Virus record (IMG/VR): IMGVR_UViG_3300017821_000056
Span: 1-64,000 of that record
DNA from: a virus
Lineage: Duplodnaviria; Caudoviricetes
Reading direction: 5' to 3' (one strand)
DNA: 64,000 bases
Positions 52,777 to 61,873 of the stretch are shown piece after piece (position 1 is the stretch's first letter; every line of letters starts with the position of its first letter). A program made the translations under genes and the position numbers. The notes under the pieces were generated by a model. The model was not told the DNA's origin and searched no databases. It was given only the letters and a program-made list of their open reading frames with translations.

Positions 52777-54690
52777 GTGGCAGCAATCCTCAGCGATGAG
52801 GAAGTCGCCGCCCCCGCGATGGGAGCGGGAGGGGCACCCAGGGTCAGCCAGATCGAGCCGTCCGGCCGGAACCTGGCAGAGAAGGCCGCCGGCGTTGCCG
52901 CCGGCCTGGTCAAGGGCGCCGGGCAGGTCCGCGGCAAGCGCGGCGCGACCGGCTACAACCTGGACGAAACCCAGCACGGCGCTGAGATCTTCACCAAGGC
53001 CCACGACACCATCACCCTCGGCAAGGCGGCTGCGATCGCCGGCTGGAACGACGGTGATGGCGTCGCGGATACTTTCAACCGGGACTTCGCGTCCCACCGG
53101 GAGTTCATCGCCCGGACCGGCGGCGTGTCGCGTCTGAAGCAGGACGCGATGGTCCGCAAGGCGTTCACCGCCACCAACCAGGGCCTCGCGGGCGTCCCGT
53201 ACGGCCTGGTCCCGTTCGACCTGCTCGCCCCGAGCAGGCTGATCTACCCGGTTTACACGTTGTTCCGCAACAAGTTCCCCCGCCCGGCCGGGCAGGGTGC
53301 CAGCCGCCAGGTCTACGGCCTGCTCGGCATCTCCGGCTCCCAGACCGGCGGCCAGGGCGTCATCGACATCTCCATCCCCGAGCTCGTCAAGACGTCCAGC
53401 AACACCATCAGCGGCTCGTCCGCGAACTGGCCGATCAACCTCCCTCAGACTGGCTCCCAGACCGAGTACAAGCTCAACGTGCCCTACCGGTTCTTCGGCC
53501 TCACTGAATCCCTTTCCTGGCTGGCCCAGTTCGAGGGTCAGGGCTTCGAGGACATCTCGGCCCTGGCAAACCTCGTGCTGCTCCAGGAGATGATGCTGGG
53601 CGAGGAATACCAGATGATCGCGGGTTCCTCGCAGAACCTGCCGGCCCCCGCAGCCCCGACCCTGACCCTGCGCACCGCGGGCTCCAACGAGACGGCGCTG
53701 GGCACCACGACCGGTTCCACCTACGTGAAGATCACCGCCCTGAACTACTTCGGGGAGACCACGGCGAGCGCCTCCGCGAACGTGGCGAACGCGGCGTCCT
53801 CGGTGATCGACGTGACGTGGGCCGGAGTTCCCGGAGCGCAGCAGTACAACATCTACGTCGGGTCCGCGAGCACCGCCAACCAGCAGTACATCCATGCGGG
53901 CACGACAGTCCAGTCCGGTGTGGCCTACGCCGGGAAGCAGACCGCCAACGCGGTCGGCGGGGTCAAGTTCACCATCCAGGGAGCCCAGGCCACCTCCGCG
54001 CAGCAGGCGTACCCGACCGCAGACACCGGGACGGGCGGGAACAACCGGATGGAAGGCCTCATCCCCACCCTGTCGGGCCTGTCCTCAACGGGTTCCGGGC
54101 CGTACGCGAACGTCGGCTTCGAGTCGTCGGGCGTCTGGCAGGGCGGCTACATCAACCAGTCCGTCGGCACCCACCTGTCAACCAACGCCATCTTCACGGC
54201 GCTCGACGCGCTGTGGGAGAACAACGGGCTGAACAACGTCACGCCGGGCGTGTACAAGGCGGACCCGTCCGAGATCGTCGCCGACGGCGGCGACCTGATG
54301 CGGCTCGCCAACGACATGCTCACCCAGGGGGCAGGCCTCAACTATCTGCTCAACATCCAGCAGAACGAGATCTCCGGCATCAGGGCGGGCGCCGCAGTCG
54401 CGGAGTTCGTCAACCCGGTCACCAGGAGCACCGTGAAGCTCACGGTGCATCCCTGGATGAGCCAGGGCACCGCGCTGCTCATGAGCTACCAGCTGCCTCA
54501 AACCTGGTCGCACGTGGACAACGCCTGGGAGATGACCTGCGTCCAGGACTACGTGAGCGTCGCGTGGCCCGTCATCGACGCCAGCTTCAGGTACAGCATC
54601 TTCCTCCTCGGGACCCTGGTGGCTCACGCCCCGTTCTACTCGGGCATCCTCCAGGGACTCCAGGTCTCCGACGTCACGCCTTACTCGTGA
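52777..54690 (+). CDS. major capsid protein with Ser/Thr-rich beta insertion
   Basis: Follows protease; GLVPFDLLAPSRLIYPVYTLFRNKFPR, MLGEE, VHPWM, GILQGL; RBS AGGAG. Confidence 0.8.
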   Translation: MAAILSDEEVAAPAMGAGGAPRVSQIEPSGRNLAEKAAGVAAGLVKGAGQVRGKRGATGYNLDETQHGAEIFTKAHDTITLGKAAAIAGWNDGDGVADTFNRDFASHREFIARTGGVSRLKQDAMVRKAFTATNQGLAGVPYGLVPFDLLAPSRLIYPVYTLFRNKFPRPAGQGASRQVYGLLGISGSQTGGQGVIDISIPELVKTSSNTISGSSANWPINLPQTGSQTEYKLNVPYRFFGLTESLSWLAQFEGQGFEDISALANLVLLQEMMLGEEYQMIAGSSQNLPAPAAPTLTLRTAGSNETALGTTTGSTYVKITALNYFGETTASASANVANAASSVIDVTWAGVPGAQQYNIYVGSASTANQQYIHAGTTVQSGVAYAGKQTANAVGGVKFTIQGAQATSAQQAYPTADTGTGGNNRMEGLIPTLSGLSSTGSGPYANVGFESSGVWQGGYINQSVGTHLSTNAIFTALDALWENNGLNNVTPGVYKADPSEIVADGGDLMRLANDMLTQGAGLNYLLNIQQNEISGIRAGAAVAEFVNPVTRSTVKLTVHPWMSQGTALLMSYQLPQTWSHVDNAWEMTCVQDYVSVAWPVIDASFRYSIFLLGTLVAHAPFYSGILQGLQVSDVTPYS

Positions 54691-54725
54691 CGATCAGCCA
54701 CCAGTCCGACTGCTCGTAGCACCCA

Positions 54726-54760
54726 AGGAAGGCCCGGATGCGCGCTGTCCGGGCCTTCCT
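54726..54760. terminator. stem-loop between convergent genes
   Basis: Perfect 13-bp inverted repeat AGGAAGGCCCGGA/TCCGGGCCTTCCT. Confidence 0.7.
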
Positions 54761-54772
54761 GCCCTACCTGCC

Positions 54773-55201
54773 CTACCTGCACCTGCATCCGGGCTTGACG
54801 TGGACCATCGAACCGCTAGGCGTCTTGTAGCAGCGAGAGGACGGCTGGATCCGGTTGCGGAACGGCGTCCACGGCTCGGGCTTGTGCCTCGGCGCGCTGT
54901 CTATCCGGTCACCGAGTACCAAGTCCCACGTCCGCCGCGTGGCGCCGATGCCCTGGCCGCACTCGCCGCAGGTTTCCTCTTCCTCGCCTGCCGTCCAGAT
55001 GGTGCCGCAGTCCGGGCAGGTCCACGACTCGCCAGTGGCCAGTTCCGGGCGCTTGGTGCAGCGGTGCCGGGTGACTACCTCGTCGCAGGTCTTGCAGCCG
55101 GTCAGGTTTCCCGGCCACAGCCGGTAACTCTTGGCCCGGCCGCATTCCTCGCAGAAGTACCCGGCGGCGAGGTCGCCGAGGAAGATGCCGTGCTCGCTCA
55201 C
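54773..55201 (-). CDS. multi-CxxC protein
   Basis: CEEC, CKTC, CPDC, CGEC. Confidence 0.6.
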   Translation of the reverse strand: MSEHGIFLGDLAAGYFCEECGRAKSYRLWPGNLTGCKTCDEVVTRHRCTKRPELATGESWTCPDCGTIWTAGEEEETCGECGQGIGATRRTWDLVLGDRIDSAPRHKPEPWTPFRNRIQPSSRCYKTPSGSMVHVKPGCRCR

Positions 55202-55494
55202 CAGCGGTACTCCTCATCCGGCGGGGCCGGCACTTCCGCTACGGCCTTCTTGATCGCCATGATGTGCTCGCGGAGCAGCGCCGCCTCAGCCTCGGCTTTC
55301 CCTGCGCGGACAAGGGCAGCTTCCAGCTTCGCGGTCAGTTCGGTGTCGGCCCTGGCCTTCCTCGCTGCCTCGACCTCGCGGATGACGTTGCCGGGCAGGC
55401 CGCAGGACGGGCAGGCCGCCCGGACCCCTTCCATCGCGTCGTAGACGCCCGACAGCCATGCCTTGCAGGCCGGGCACTCGGCTTTCATGCTCAT
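55198..55494 (-). CDS. zinc-ribbon/coiled-coil protein
   Basis: CPAC...CPSC; CATCAT 6 nt upstream. Confidence 0.6.
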   Translation of the reverse strand: MSMKAECPACKAWLSGVYDAMEGVRAACPSCGLPGNVIREVEAARKARADTELTAKLEAALVRAGKAEAEAALLREHIMAIKKAVAEVPAPPDEEYRW

Positions 55495-55526
55495 GCCCCG
55501 ATGATGCCACCAGGAAGGCGGACGCC

Positions 55527-55721
55527 ATGCCAGCCACGGCAACCGTAGAGGTCAGGGTCGCGGATGCCAAGCCTGTCGCGGCGCTGCTCGATGCCGTGGC
55601 GCAGGCCGTAGCCGAGTTCGTCAAGCTCGGCAGCGAGGAGAAAGCGGCGCTCCCGGAACCCGCGCGGGCCGGGATCGGCATCCTGCTTGCTGCTGCCAGG
55701 GACTTCACCCCTCACAACTGA
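55527..55721 (+). CDS. hypothetical protein
   Basis: RBS AGGAAGG. Confidence 0.5.
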   Translation: MPATATVEVRVADAKPVAALLDAVAQAVAEFVKLGSEEKAALPEPARAGIGILLAAARDFTPHN

Positions 55722-55784
55722 ATACGGCGGCGCGAGCCGCGCCCCCTTCTCACCCATTCACCGCGTACCAGAGAAAGGTCCCGT

Positions 55785-56123
55785 GTGGCTCTTGCAACCG
55801 GCTCCCTCACGACCACCGCCGTCGCCGCTGGCGGCACCGCCGCCATCTACACCGTCTCGACCACCGTGTACTCCCGTGACCTGGTGATCATGAACCAGTC
55901 CACGGCCGCGTCGAACTCGACCGCGTTCACAATGTTCATCGGCACCGGGGCGAGCTCGGTGTCGACGGGCACCGGCCTCCCGGTGCCGCCCGGCGGGCAG
56001 GTCACCATCCAGGGGCAGTGCGGCGGCGGCGCATTCGGCTCCAGCAACAACATCATCTACGCCTCCGCCGCGTCGGCGGTCACCGCCGTCGTCGGCCTCG
56101 GCTCCGTCGTCTCGGTCATCTAG
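55785..56123 (+). CDS. probable virion (head decoration) protein
   Basis: Ser/Thr/Ala/Gly-rich, beta-strand pattern; after capsid gene. Confidence 0.55.
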   Translation: MALATGSLTTTAVAAGGTAAIYTVSTTVYSRDLVIMNQSTAASNSTAFTMFIGTGASSVSTGTGLPVPPGGQVTIQGQCGGGAFGSSNNIIYASAASAVTAVVGLGSVVSVI

Positions 56124-56153
56124 CGGTCCCTACGCGACCAGGAAGGGGGCCCT

Positions 56154-56693
56154 GTGCCTTCGGTCAACACGACGCCGCTGCCGTCGCAGGTTTTCGTGGC
56201 GAACACCACCGCCGGGGTGACCTCGGTGGTGAACCTGCAGAACCAGGGGCCGCAGACCATGTTCGTCGGCCTGGCGGCGTGCACCCCGAACACGGGGCTG
56301 CCGCTCGGGCCCGGGGAGCGGATCCGGCTGAACAACGTCACCAAGTCGCTGTACGCCTGCTCCAACTGGGTGGCGGGCACCGCGGCGGCCACCCTGTCGA
56401 CGTCGGCGTCGGCGACGGTGGGCACCACGTCGTTCACCGTGGCGGCCGGGGGGATGCCGAACATCCCCGTCGGCACCTATTTCACGATCGGCGCGGGGAC
56501 CGGGCAGGAGGTCCTGAATGTGGCCACGTCGGCGTCGACGACGACGATCACGACGACGACCGGGTGCCTGTTCGAGCATTACGCCTCGGAGGTGCTGAAC
56601 TCGGTGACGTGGACGCCGGCGCCGCTGAACGTGCAGCGGGGCACGTCGCTGCCGGCGCAGATCGGCGGGGCCCTGGCCCCGTCAGGGCAGTAA
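56154..56693 (+). CDS. probable virion protein
   Basis: Thr-rich; LQNQG...GLPLGPG pattern similar to the preceding gene. Confidence 0.55.
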   Translation: MPSVNTTPLPSQVFVANTTAGVTSVVNLQNQGPQTMFVGLAACTPNTGLPLGPGERIRLNNVTKSLYACSNWVAGTAAATLSTSASATVGTTSFTVAAGGMPNIPVGTYFTIGAGTGQEVLNVATSASTTTITTTTGCLFEHYASEVLNSVTWTPAPLNVQRGTSLPAQIGGALAPSGQ

Positions 56694-56735
56694 GGGACGG
56701 GCGCGCGCTCGAGGGCGCTCCGGGGAAAGGGTGAA

Positions 56736-57719
56736 TTGACCGCAACGCTGATCACCGGCGGCGCCGGGTTCCTCGGCGCCGCCGTGGCCCGCCGCCTCGC
56801 CGCGGAAGGCCGCGAAGTCACGGTCCTGGACGACATGTCCCGGGGCCGGCCGGGACGCCTCGCGGGAACCGGGTGCCGGGTCGCGTACGGGGACGTGCGG
56901 GACGCCGGCGCGGTCCGGCGGGCCATGCAAGGCTGCGGGCGGGTCGTCCACATGGCCGCGGTGAACGGCACCGCCACGTTCTACGCCGAGCCGCGGCACG
57001 TCCTGGACGTGGCCCTGAACGGCATCCTGAACGTCCTGGACGCCTGCGAGCGGACCGGGTGCGGGGACCTGCTGCTCGTGTCGTCCTCCGAGGTGTACCA
57101 GTCCCCCCCGGTCGTCCCGGCGCCGGAGACGGTGCCGCTGTCGGTGCCGGACCCGCTGAACCCCCGGTACTCCTACGGCGGCGGGAAGATCGCCTCCGAG
57201 CTCGCCGCGCTGGCATGGCAGCGGACCGGGGTCCTGGACCGGCTGGTCATCGCCCGCGTGCACAACGCCTACGGCCCGGACGCCGGCTGGAAGCACGTCA
57301 TCCCCGAGCTGGCCGCCCGGATGGCCCGGCTGGCCGTAGAGCATCCGTCCGGGCCGGTGCCGTTCCCCGTCCAGGGGAGCGGGGAGGAGACCCGCGCGTT
57401 CTGCCACGTCAGCGACTGCACTGCCGCGTTCATGCTGCTGCTCGGCGAGGGCACGCCGGGCGGCATCTACAACGTCGGCAGCGACGAGGAAGTGACGATC
57501 GCGCATCTCGCCGCCCTGATCGGGGGGCACTACGGCCGTGAGGTGAAGATCATCCCGGGGGTGCTGGCGAAGGGTTCCCCGCCGCGGCGGTGCCCGGACA
57601 TCTCGAAACTGCGGGCCCTCGGCTACGAGCCGGGGATCCCGCTGGCGCAGGGCCTCGGCCCGGTCCTGGACTGGTACCGGGATCACCCGCAGCCCGGGAC
57701 GCGGGACCGTGCCGCCTAG
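56736..57719 (+). CDS. NAD-dependent nucleotide-sugar epimerase/dehydratase
   Basis: ITGGAGFLG, SSSEVY, YGGGK (YxxxK), HNAYGP, TRAFCHVSD. Confidence 0.92.
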   Translation: MTATLITGGAGFLGAAVARRLAAEGREVTVLDDMSRGRPGRLAGTGCRVAYGDVRDAGAVRRAMQGCGRVVHMAAVNGTATFYAEPRHVLDVALNGILNVLDACERTGCGDLLLVSSSEVYQSPPVVPAPETVPLSVPDPLNPRYSYGGGKIASELAALAWQRTGVLDRLVIARVHNAYGPDAGWKHVIPELAARMARLAVEHPSGPVPFPVQGSGEETRAFCHVSDCTAAFMLLLGEGTPGGIYNVGSDEEVTIAHLAALIGGHYGREVKIIPGVLAKGSPPRRCPDISKLRALGYEPGIPLAQGLGPVLDWYRDHPQPGTRDRAA

Positions 57720-58485
57720 CCGGATCCTGGTCACCGGGGCCAGCCGCGGCGGCATCGGCGGGGCGATCTGCCGCAGGCTCGCCGCCGATGCGGTCACCCG
57801 CCACGGCGCCGCGGCGATCACGGTCACGGCGTCACGCGGCGGCCCGGACCTGAAGCTCCTCGCCGCGGAACTGGAAGACTCCGGCGCGTCGGTGCTCACC
57901 GTGGCCGGGGACCTGTCGGACCCGGATTTCCCCGCTGATCTGGTGACGGAAGCCGCCCGGCACGGGGGAGGCCTGGACGCGGTGGTCAGCAACGCGGGCC
58001 GGTCCCAGCACGGCCCGCTCGCCGGCCTGCGCCCTGCGGAGTGGGATCACGCACTGGCCGTCCACGCCCGCGCCGCATGGCTGCTCGCCAGGGCCGCGTT
58101 CGGCCACCTGGAGGAGTCCCGCGGGTCGTTCACCGCCACCGGCTCAGTGTCCGGGACCGTCCCGCATGCCGGCCGGGGCGCGTATGCGGTGGCGAAAGCC
58201 GCGCTGATCGCCCTCTGCCAGCAGCTCGCCCTCGAATGGGCACCCTCGGGGGTGCGGGTGAACGTGGTCTCCCCGGGGCTGGTCAGCACCCTGGCGAAAC
58301 CGAAGCCGTACGCGGCGGGGATCGTCCCGGCGGGACGCGCCGGGCTGCCGGAGGACATCGCCGCGGCGGTCGCGTTCCTGGCATCCCCGGAAGCCTCCTA
58401 CATCACCGGGCAGAACCTGGTCATCGACGGCGGCCTCGCAGCGGCGGGCCTCGGGGCCGCCCTGGAAAGCGGCCGGCGTGGCTGA
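57709..58485 (+). CDS. classical SDR oxidoreductase
   Basis: VTGASRGGIG, SNAG, YAVAK, VNVVSPG, YITGQNLVIDGG. Confidence 0.9.
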   Translation: MPPSRILVTGASRGGIGGAICRRLAADAVTRHGAAAITVTASRGGPDLKLLAAELEDSGASVLTVAGDLSDPDFPADLVTEAARHGGGLDAVVSNAGRSQHGPLAGLRPAEWDHALAVHARAAWLLARAAFGHLEESRGSFTATGSVSGTVPHAGRGAYAVAKAALIALCQQLALEWAPSGVRVNVVSPGLVSTLAKPKPYAAGIVPAGRAGLPEDIAAAVAFLASPEASYITGQNLVIDGGLAAAGLGAALESGRRG

Positions 58486-59605
58486 GGCCGCCGGGGTAAC
58501 CCGGTGCGGGTCATGCGGGGATAGCCGGCTGAGCCCGGTCCTGGACCTGGGCGTGCAGCCGCTGGCCGAGCGGGACAGCGGGGAACGGTACCCGCTGCGG
58601 CTGATCCAGTGCGCGAACTGCACCCTCGTGCAGCTGTCGCACATCCCGGATCAGCGGGAAGTGTTCCCCCCGGACCACCCGTACACCACCGGGACCACGC
58701 GGGCGATGCGGGAGCACTTCGCCGCGCTCGCCGCCAGGCTGAACAGCAGCCTCAAGTTCGGTGATCTCATCGTGGACATCGGCGCCAACGACGGGACACT
58801 GCTGGCCGCCTGCGGTGAGAAAGCCCGGTGCGTGGCGGTCGAGCCCACTGACCAGGCCGCCAAATGCCGGGCCCAGGGTTTCCGTACCTGGCAGCAGTTT
58901 TTCACCGCCAGCACTGCCCGCGACATCCTGCACGTCTGCGGCCCCGCGAAGGTCATCACTGCCTGCAACGTGTTCGCCCATGTCCCGGACCCTCACGACT
59001 TCCTGGAGGGCGTCCTGGCCCTGCTGGGGGATGACGGCACCCTGATCATCGAGACGCACGACTGGGCAAGCCTCGCCAACGGGCTCCAGGTCGACACCGT
59101 GTACCACGAGCACGCCCGTTTCTACTCTGTTGCCAGCCTGTCTTACCTGCTGGCCCGGCATGGCCTACTGGTGCGGGAGGCCGTGCCGATCCCGGTCCAT
59201 GGCGGCTCGTTCCGGGCGTTCGCCGTCCGCGAGCAGCAGCACCTGCAGGCCCGCGCGGCGAAGGCAGCCGACCACCTGTACGCCCTCATCCGTCACGCCG
59301 CAGCCGAAGGACCCGTCTACGGCATCGGCGCAACCACCAGGGCAACACCGCTGATCCACTACGCGGGCATCAAGGCGCACATCGCCTGCGTCTGCGAGGT
59401 CCCCGGCAGCGAGAAGACCGGGCAGAACATCCCCGGCACCTCGATCCCCGTCGTGGACGAGGCGAAGCTGATCGCAGACCAGCCGCCGCACGCGCTGCTG
59501 CTGTCCTGGCACCTGGCGGACAGCATCGTCCCCTCGCTGCGGGCCAAGGGCTACCAGGGCCGTTTCATCGTGCCGCTGCCGGAGGCGAGGTTCCTGGATG
59601 CCTGA
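58478..59605 (+). CDS. NDP-hexose C-methyltransferase
   Basis: CGSC..LDLGVQPLA..YPL..CANCTLVQL; DIGANDG; NVFAHVPD; YHEH; HGGSFR; FIVPLP. Confidence 0.9.
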   Translation: MAEAAGVTRCGSCGDSRLSPVLDLGVQPLAERDSGERYPLRLIQCANCTLVQLSHIPDQREVFPPDHPYTTGTTRAMREHFAALAARLNSSLKFGDLIVDIGANDGTLLAACGEKARCVAVEPTDQAAKCRAQGFRTWQQFFTASTARDILHVCGPAKVITACNVFAHVPDPHDFLEGVLALLGDDGTLIIETHDWASLANGLQVDTVYHEHARFYSVASLSYLLARHGLLVREAVPIPVHGGSFRAFAVREQQHLQARAAKAADHLYALIRHAAAEGPVYGIGATTRATPLIHYAGIKAHIACVCEVPGSEKTGQNIPGTSIPVVDEAKLIADQPPHALLLSWHLADSIVPSLRAKGYQGRFIVPLPEARFLDA

Positions 59606-59951
59606 CCGATTCGAGGACGCTAGGGGCCATATTCAGGACCTCCTGGGGCCCGTCGATGCCGTGACGGAGATCTACACGCGCCAGGGTTCGGTGCGCGGGA
59701 ACCACGTTCACATGGCCACGACGCAGTACACCTACGTCGCCTGGGGCGAGCTGCTGGCCGCCTGGACCGAGGACGACGGGCCGCACGAGAAGGCCTACGG
59801 CCCCGGCTCGCTGATCACCGAGCCGGCCGGCGTCCCCCACGCATGGAAGGCGCTCAAGGACACCCTCGTCCTCGTCTTCACCAGGGGACCGAGATCCGGC
59901 GATGCCTACGAATCCGACACTCACCGGCTCGAGGTGCCGATCCTGCGATGA
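59598..59951 (+). CDS. cupin (sugar epimerase/ketoisomerase-like)
   Basis: FEDARG, RGNHVH, PAGVPHAW. Confidence 0.8.
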   Translation: MPDRFEDARGHIQDLLGPVDAVTEIYTRQGSVRGNHVHMATTQYTYVAWGELLAAWTEDDGPHEKAYGPGSLITEPAGVPHAWKALKDTLVLVFTRGPRSGDAYESDTHRLEVPILR

Positions 59952-61225
59952 CCGACCTGTGCGTCTTCCTCCCCACCCGCAACCGCCCCGCGAAAGCCCG
60001 GGAGTGCATCACCTCGTTCCGGGAAACCGTCAAAGGCGACGCGGACCTGATCCTCATACTCGACGACGACGACGGCTCATACGCTGACGGCTTCGAGGAC
60101 GTCGACAAGATCACCGTCACCCGGGGCACCCTCGTCACGGCCATAAACTCGGCCGCAGCGGTCCTCGCGGGCACCTATGACGCGCTGATGCTCGCCTCAG
60201 ACGACCTGGTGTTCGTCACCCCCGGGTGGGATGAGATCCTGCTGGCGAAACTCGCAGCGATGGGCGGCACGGGGATCATCGGGTGGGATTCGCGGCGCCG
60301 CTACGACCTGCTCGAGCACGTCCTCATGTCCAGCGGCATCGTCAAAGCGCTCGGCTATTTCGCGCTGCCGTGCTGCGGTCACTTTTACGTCGACAACGCC
60401 TGGACGGAGCTCGGGAAGCGGGCCGGCCTGCTCGGCTACTGCCCTGATGTCCTCATCGAGCACAGGCACTACTCGGTGACGCCCGGGGTGGAGCATGACG
60501 CGACGTACCGGGAGGCGGAGAAGAAGCACGGGGCCGCCGACCTTGCCGCGTTCCAGCAGTGGCGGGCGGAGCAGATAGCCAACGAGGTGTCAGTGCTGCG
60601 GAGGAAGTTCTCGCCTGATGTCCGCTGGGTATTGAGCCGCGTCTTATCCCGCCTGCCAGTCCTCCTCCCGGTAGCCGGGCCGGTGCTTGTAGCCGCTGGC
60701 GAGCAGGCGGACAGTGCGGCAGATGCCGTACCCGTTGACGCCGCCCCGGCTGGCGTAATGGCAGGTGACGCACCCGTTGACGCCGCCCCGGCTGGCGTAA
60801 TGGCAGGTGACGCACCCGCAGTCCTTCGGCGGGAACGGGGGGCTGATGATGCTGTACTGCTCGTACAGCGGATTCCGGTCACTGTCGGTCAGGATGTAGT
60901 GCTCGTCCAGGATGGCCAGTTCCGCCTCGCACCGGGCAATGGTGTCCTGCGGGTCGTTCAGGGCCATGTGCTGCCCGTTTGCCACCTGCCGGTGCCGGGT
61001 CCACGCCACGGTCACGCCTACGAGGTCGACTATGCCGTCGTGGACGGAGTAAAGCTCGTCGTCGGCCGGGTCGTCTCCCTCGAACTCCCACGGGCCGGGC
61101 GTAGCCGCCTGCGCTGCCGCCTTGCGCGCCTCGATCTGCGCCCGCAGCCACGCAACAGGCCCTTCTTCCTCGCTGCTCATAGCCCGTCATGCTCTCATAC
61201 GGAAAGGGGCAGCACATGGCTCTGA
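59948..61225 (+). CDS. GT-A fold (family 2-like) glycosyltransferase; real domain ends near 60645
   Basis: LPTRNRP, LDDDD, ASDD, HFYVD; tail is antisense to the DUF6221-like gene. Confidence 0.8.
   Translation: MTDLCVFLPTRNRPAKARECITSFRETVKGDADLILILDDDDGSYADGFEDVDKITVTRGTLVTAINSAAAVLAGTYDALMLASDDLVFVTPGWDEILLAKLAAMGGTGIIGWDSRRRYDLLEHVLMSSGIVKALGYFALPCCGHFYVDNAWTELGKRAGLLGYCPDVLIEHRHYSVTPGVEHDATYREAEKKHGAADLAAFQQWRAEQIANEVSVLRRKFSPDVRWVLSRVLSRLPVLLPVAGPVLVAAGEQADSAADAVPVDAAPAGVMAGDAPVDAAPAGVMAGDAPAVLRRERGADDAVLLVQRIPVTVGQDVVLVQDGQFRLAPGNGVLRVVQGHVLPVCHLPVPGPRHGHAYEVDYAVVDGVKLVVGRVVSLELPRAGRSRLRCRLARLDLRPQPRNRPFFLAAHSPSCSHTERGSTWL
60644..61180 (-). CDS. DUF6221-like protein
   Basis: AWLRAQIE...ATPGPW...DPQDTIARCEAELAIL...CRTVRLLASGYKHRPGYREEDW. 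Confidence 0.8.
   Translation of the reverse strand: MSSEEEGPVAWLRAQIEARKAAAQAATPGPWEFEGDDPADDELYSVHDGIVDLVGVTVAWTRHRQVANGQHMALNDPQDTIARCEAELAILDEHYILTDSDRNPLYEQYSIISPPFPPKDCGCVTCHYASRGGVNGCVTCHYASRGGVNGYGICRTVRLLASGYKHRPGYREEDWQAG
60730..60818. repeat. 42-bp perfect tandem duplication
   Basis: ACCCGTTGACGCCGCCCCGGCTGGCGTAATGGCAGGTGACGC x2. Confidence 0.9.
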
Positions 61226-61491
61226 ATATGGGACAGGCGGCCATAGCCGGCACGGCGATCGCGTTCATCGTCCCTCCCGGCGCCTGCTCTGTCACCGTCT
61301 GGTCCGGTGCCGCCACCACCATCTACCTGGGGACGAACAAGGCCGGCCTCACCGCGTCCAACGGGTACGCCGTGAGCACCTACCCGACGGCTTTCGCCGC
61401 GTACGGCTCCAGTGCCGGAGCGACCGTGTACGGGCTGAACACCGCAGCGACGACCCTGGCCGTCAACTACATCGTGTCTTCGGAGGCGTAG
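61216..61491 (+). CDS. probable small virion protein
   Basis: Ala/Thr-rich beta pattern like 55785-56123. Confidence 0.5.
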   Translation: MALNMGQAAIAGTAIAFIVPPGACSVTVWSGAATTIYLGTNKAGLTASNGYAVSTYPTAFAAYGSSAGATVYGLNTAATTLAVNYIVSSEA

Positions 61492-61495
61492 CCGG

Positions 61496-61861
61496 ATGCC
61501 CAGGGTTCAGTTGCCAAATGGTTGTGCCGGCTTCGCCGACGGCGACACGAAGTACATGGCCGTGAACGGCCCCGGAAGCTACGTCAACATCGACGACACC
61601 GACCCGGCAGGGCAGAGGGCGCTCGCGAAGCTCCGCGCTCAGGATTACGCCTCAGCCGGGCTGGTCGATGCCGGGCCGGAGAAGTTCTACGTCCGCAAGG
61701 GTCCTGAGGGCCGCTGGTGCCCGTCCTGCCCGTCCAACACGATCTGGCACTCATGGACGAAGCACTGCCCGGAATGCGGTGCTGAGACGGTCCCCGAGTC
61801 GGAGATGACCTGCGTGAAGCCTGAGGGGCAGTACATGCCCTACGGGCCCGTATACGCCTAA
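61496..61861 (+). CDS. zinc-ribbon protein
   Basis: CPSC...CPEC; RBS GGAGG. Confidence 0.65.
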   Translation: MPRVQLPNGCAGFADGDTKYMAVNGPGSYVNIDDTDPAGQRALAKLRAQDYASAGLVDAGPEKFYVRKGPEGRWCPSCPSNTIWHSWTKHCPECGAETVPESEMTCVKPEGQYMPYGPVYA

Positions 61862-61873
61862 CCCAGCGAGAAG

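Noticed and set aside
60647-61225. C-terminal domain of the glycosyltransferase
   Set aside because: It is the antisense translation of the DUF6221-like gene
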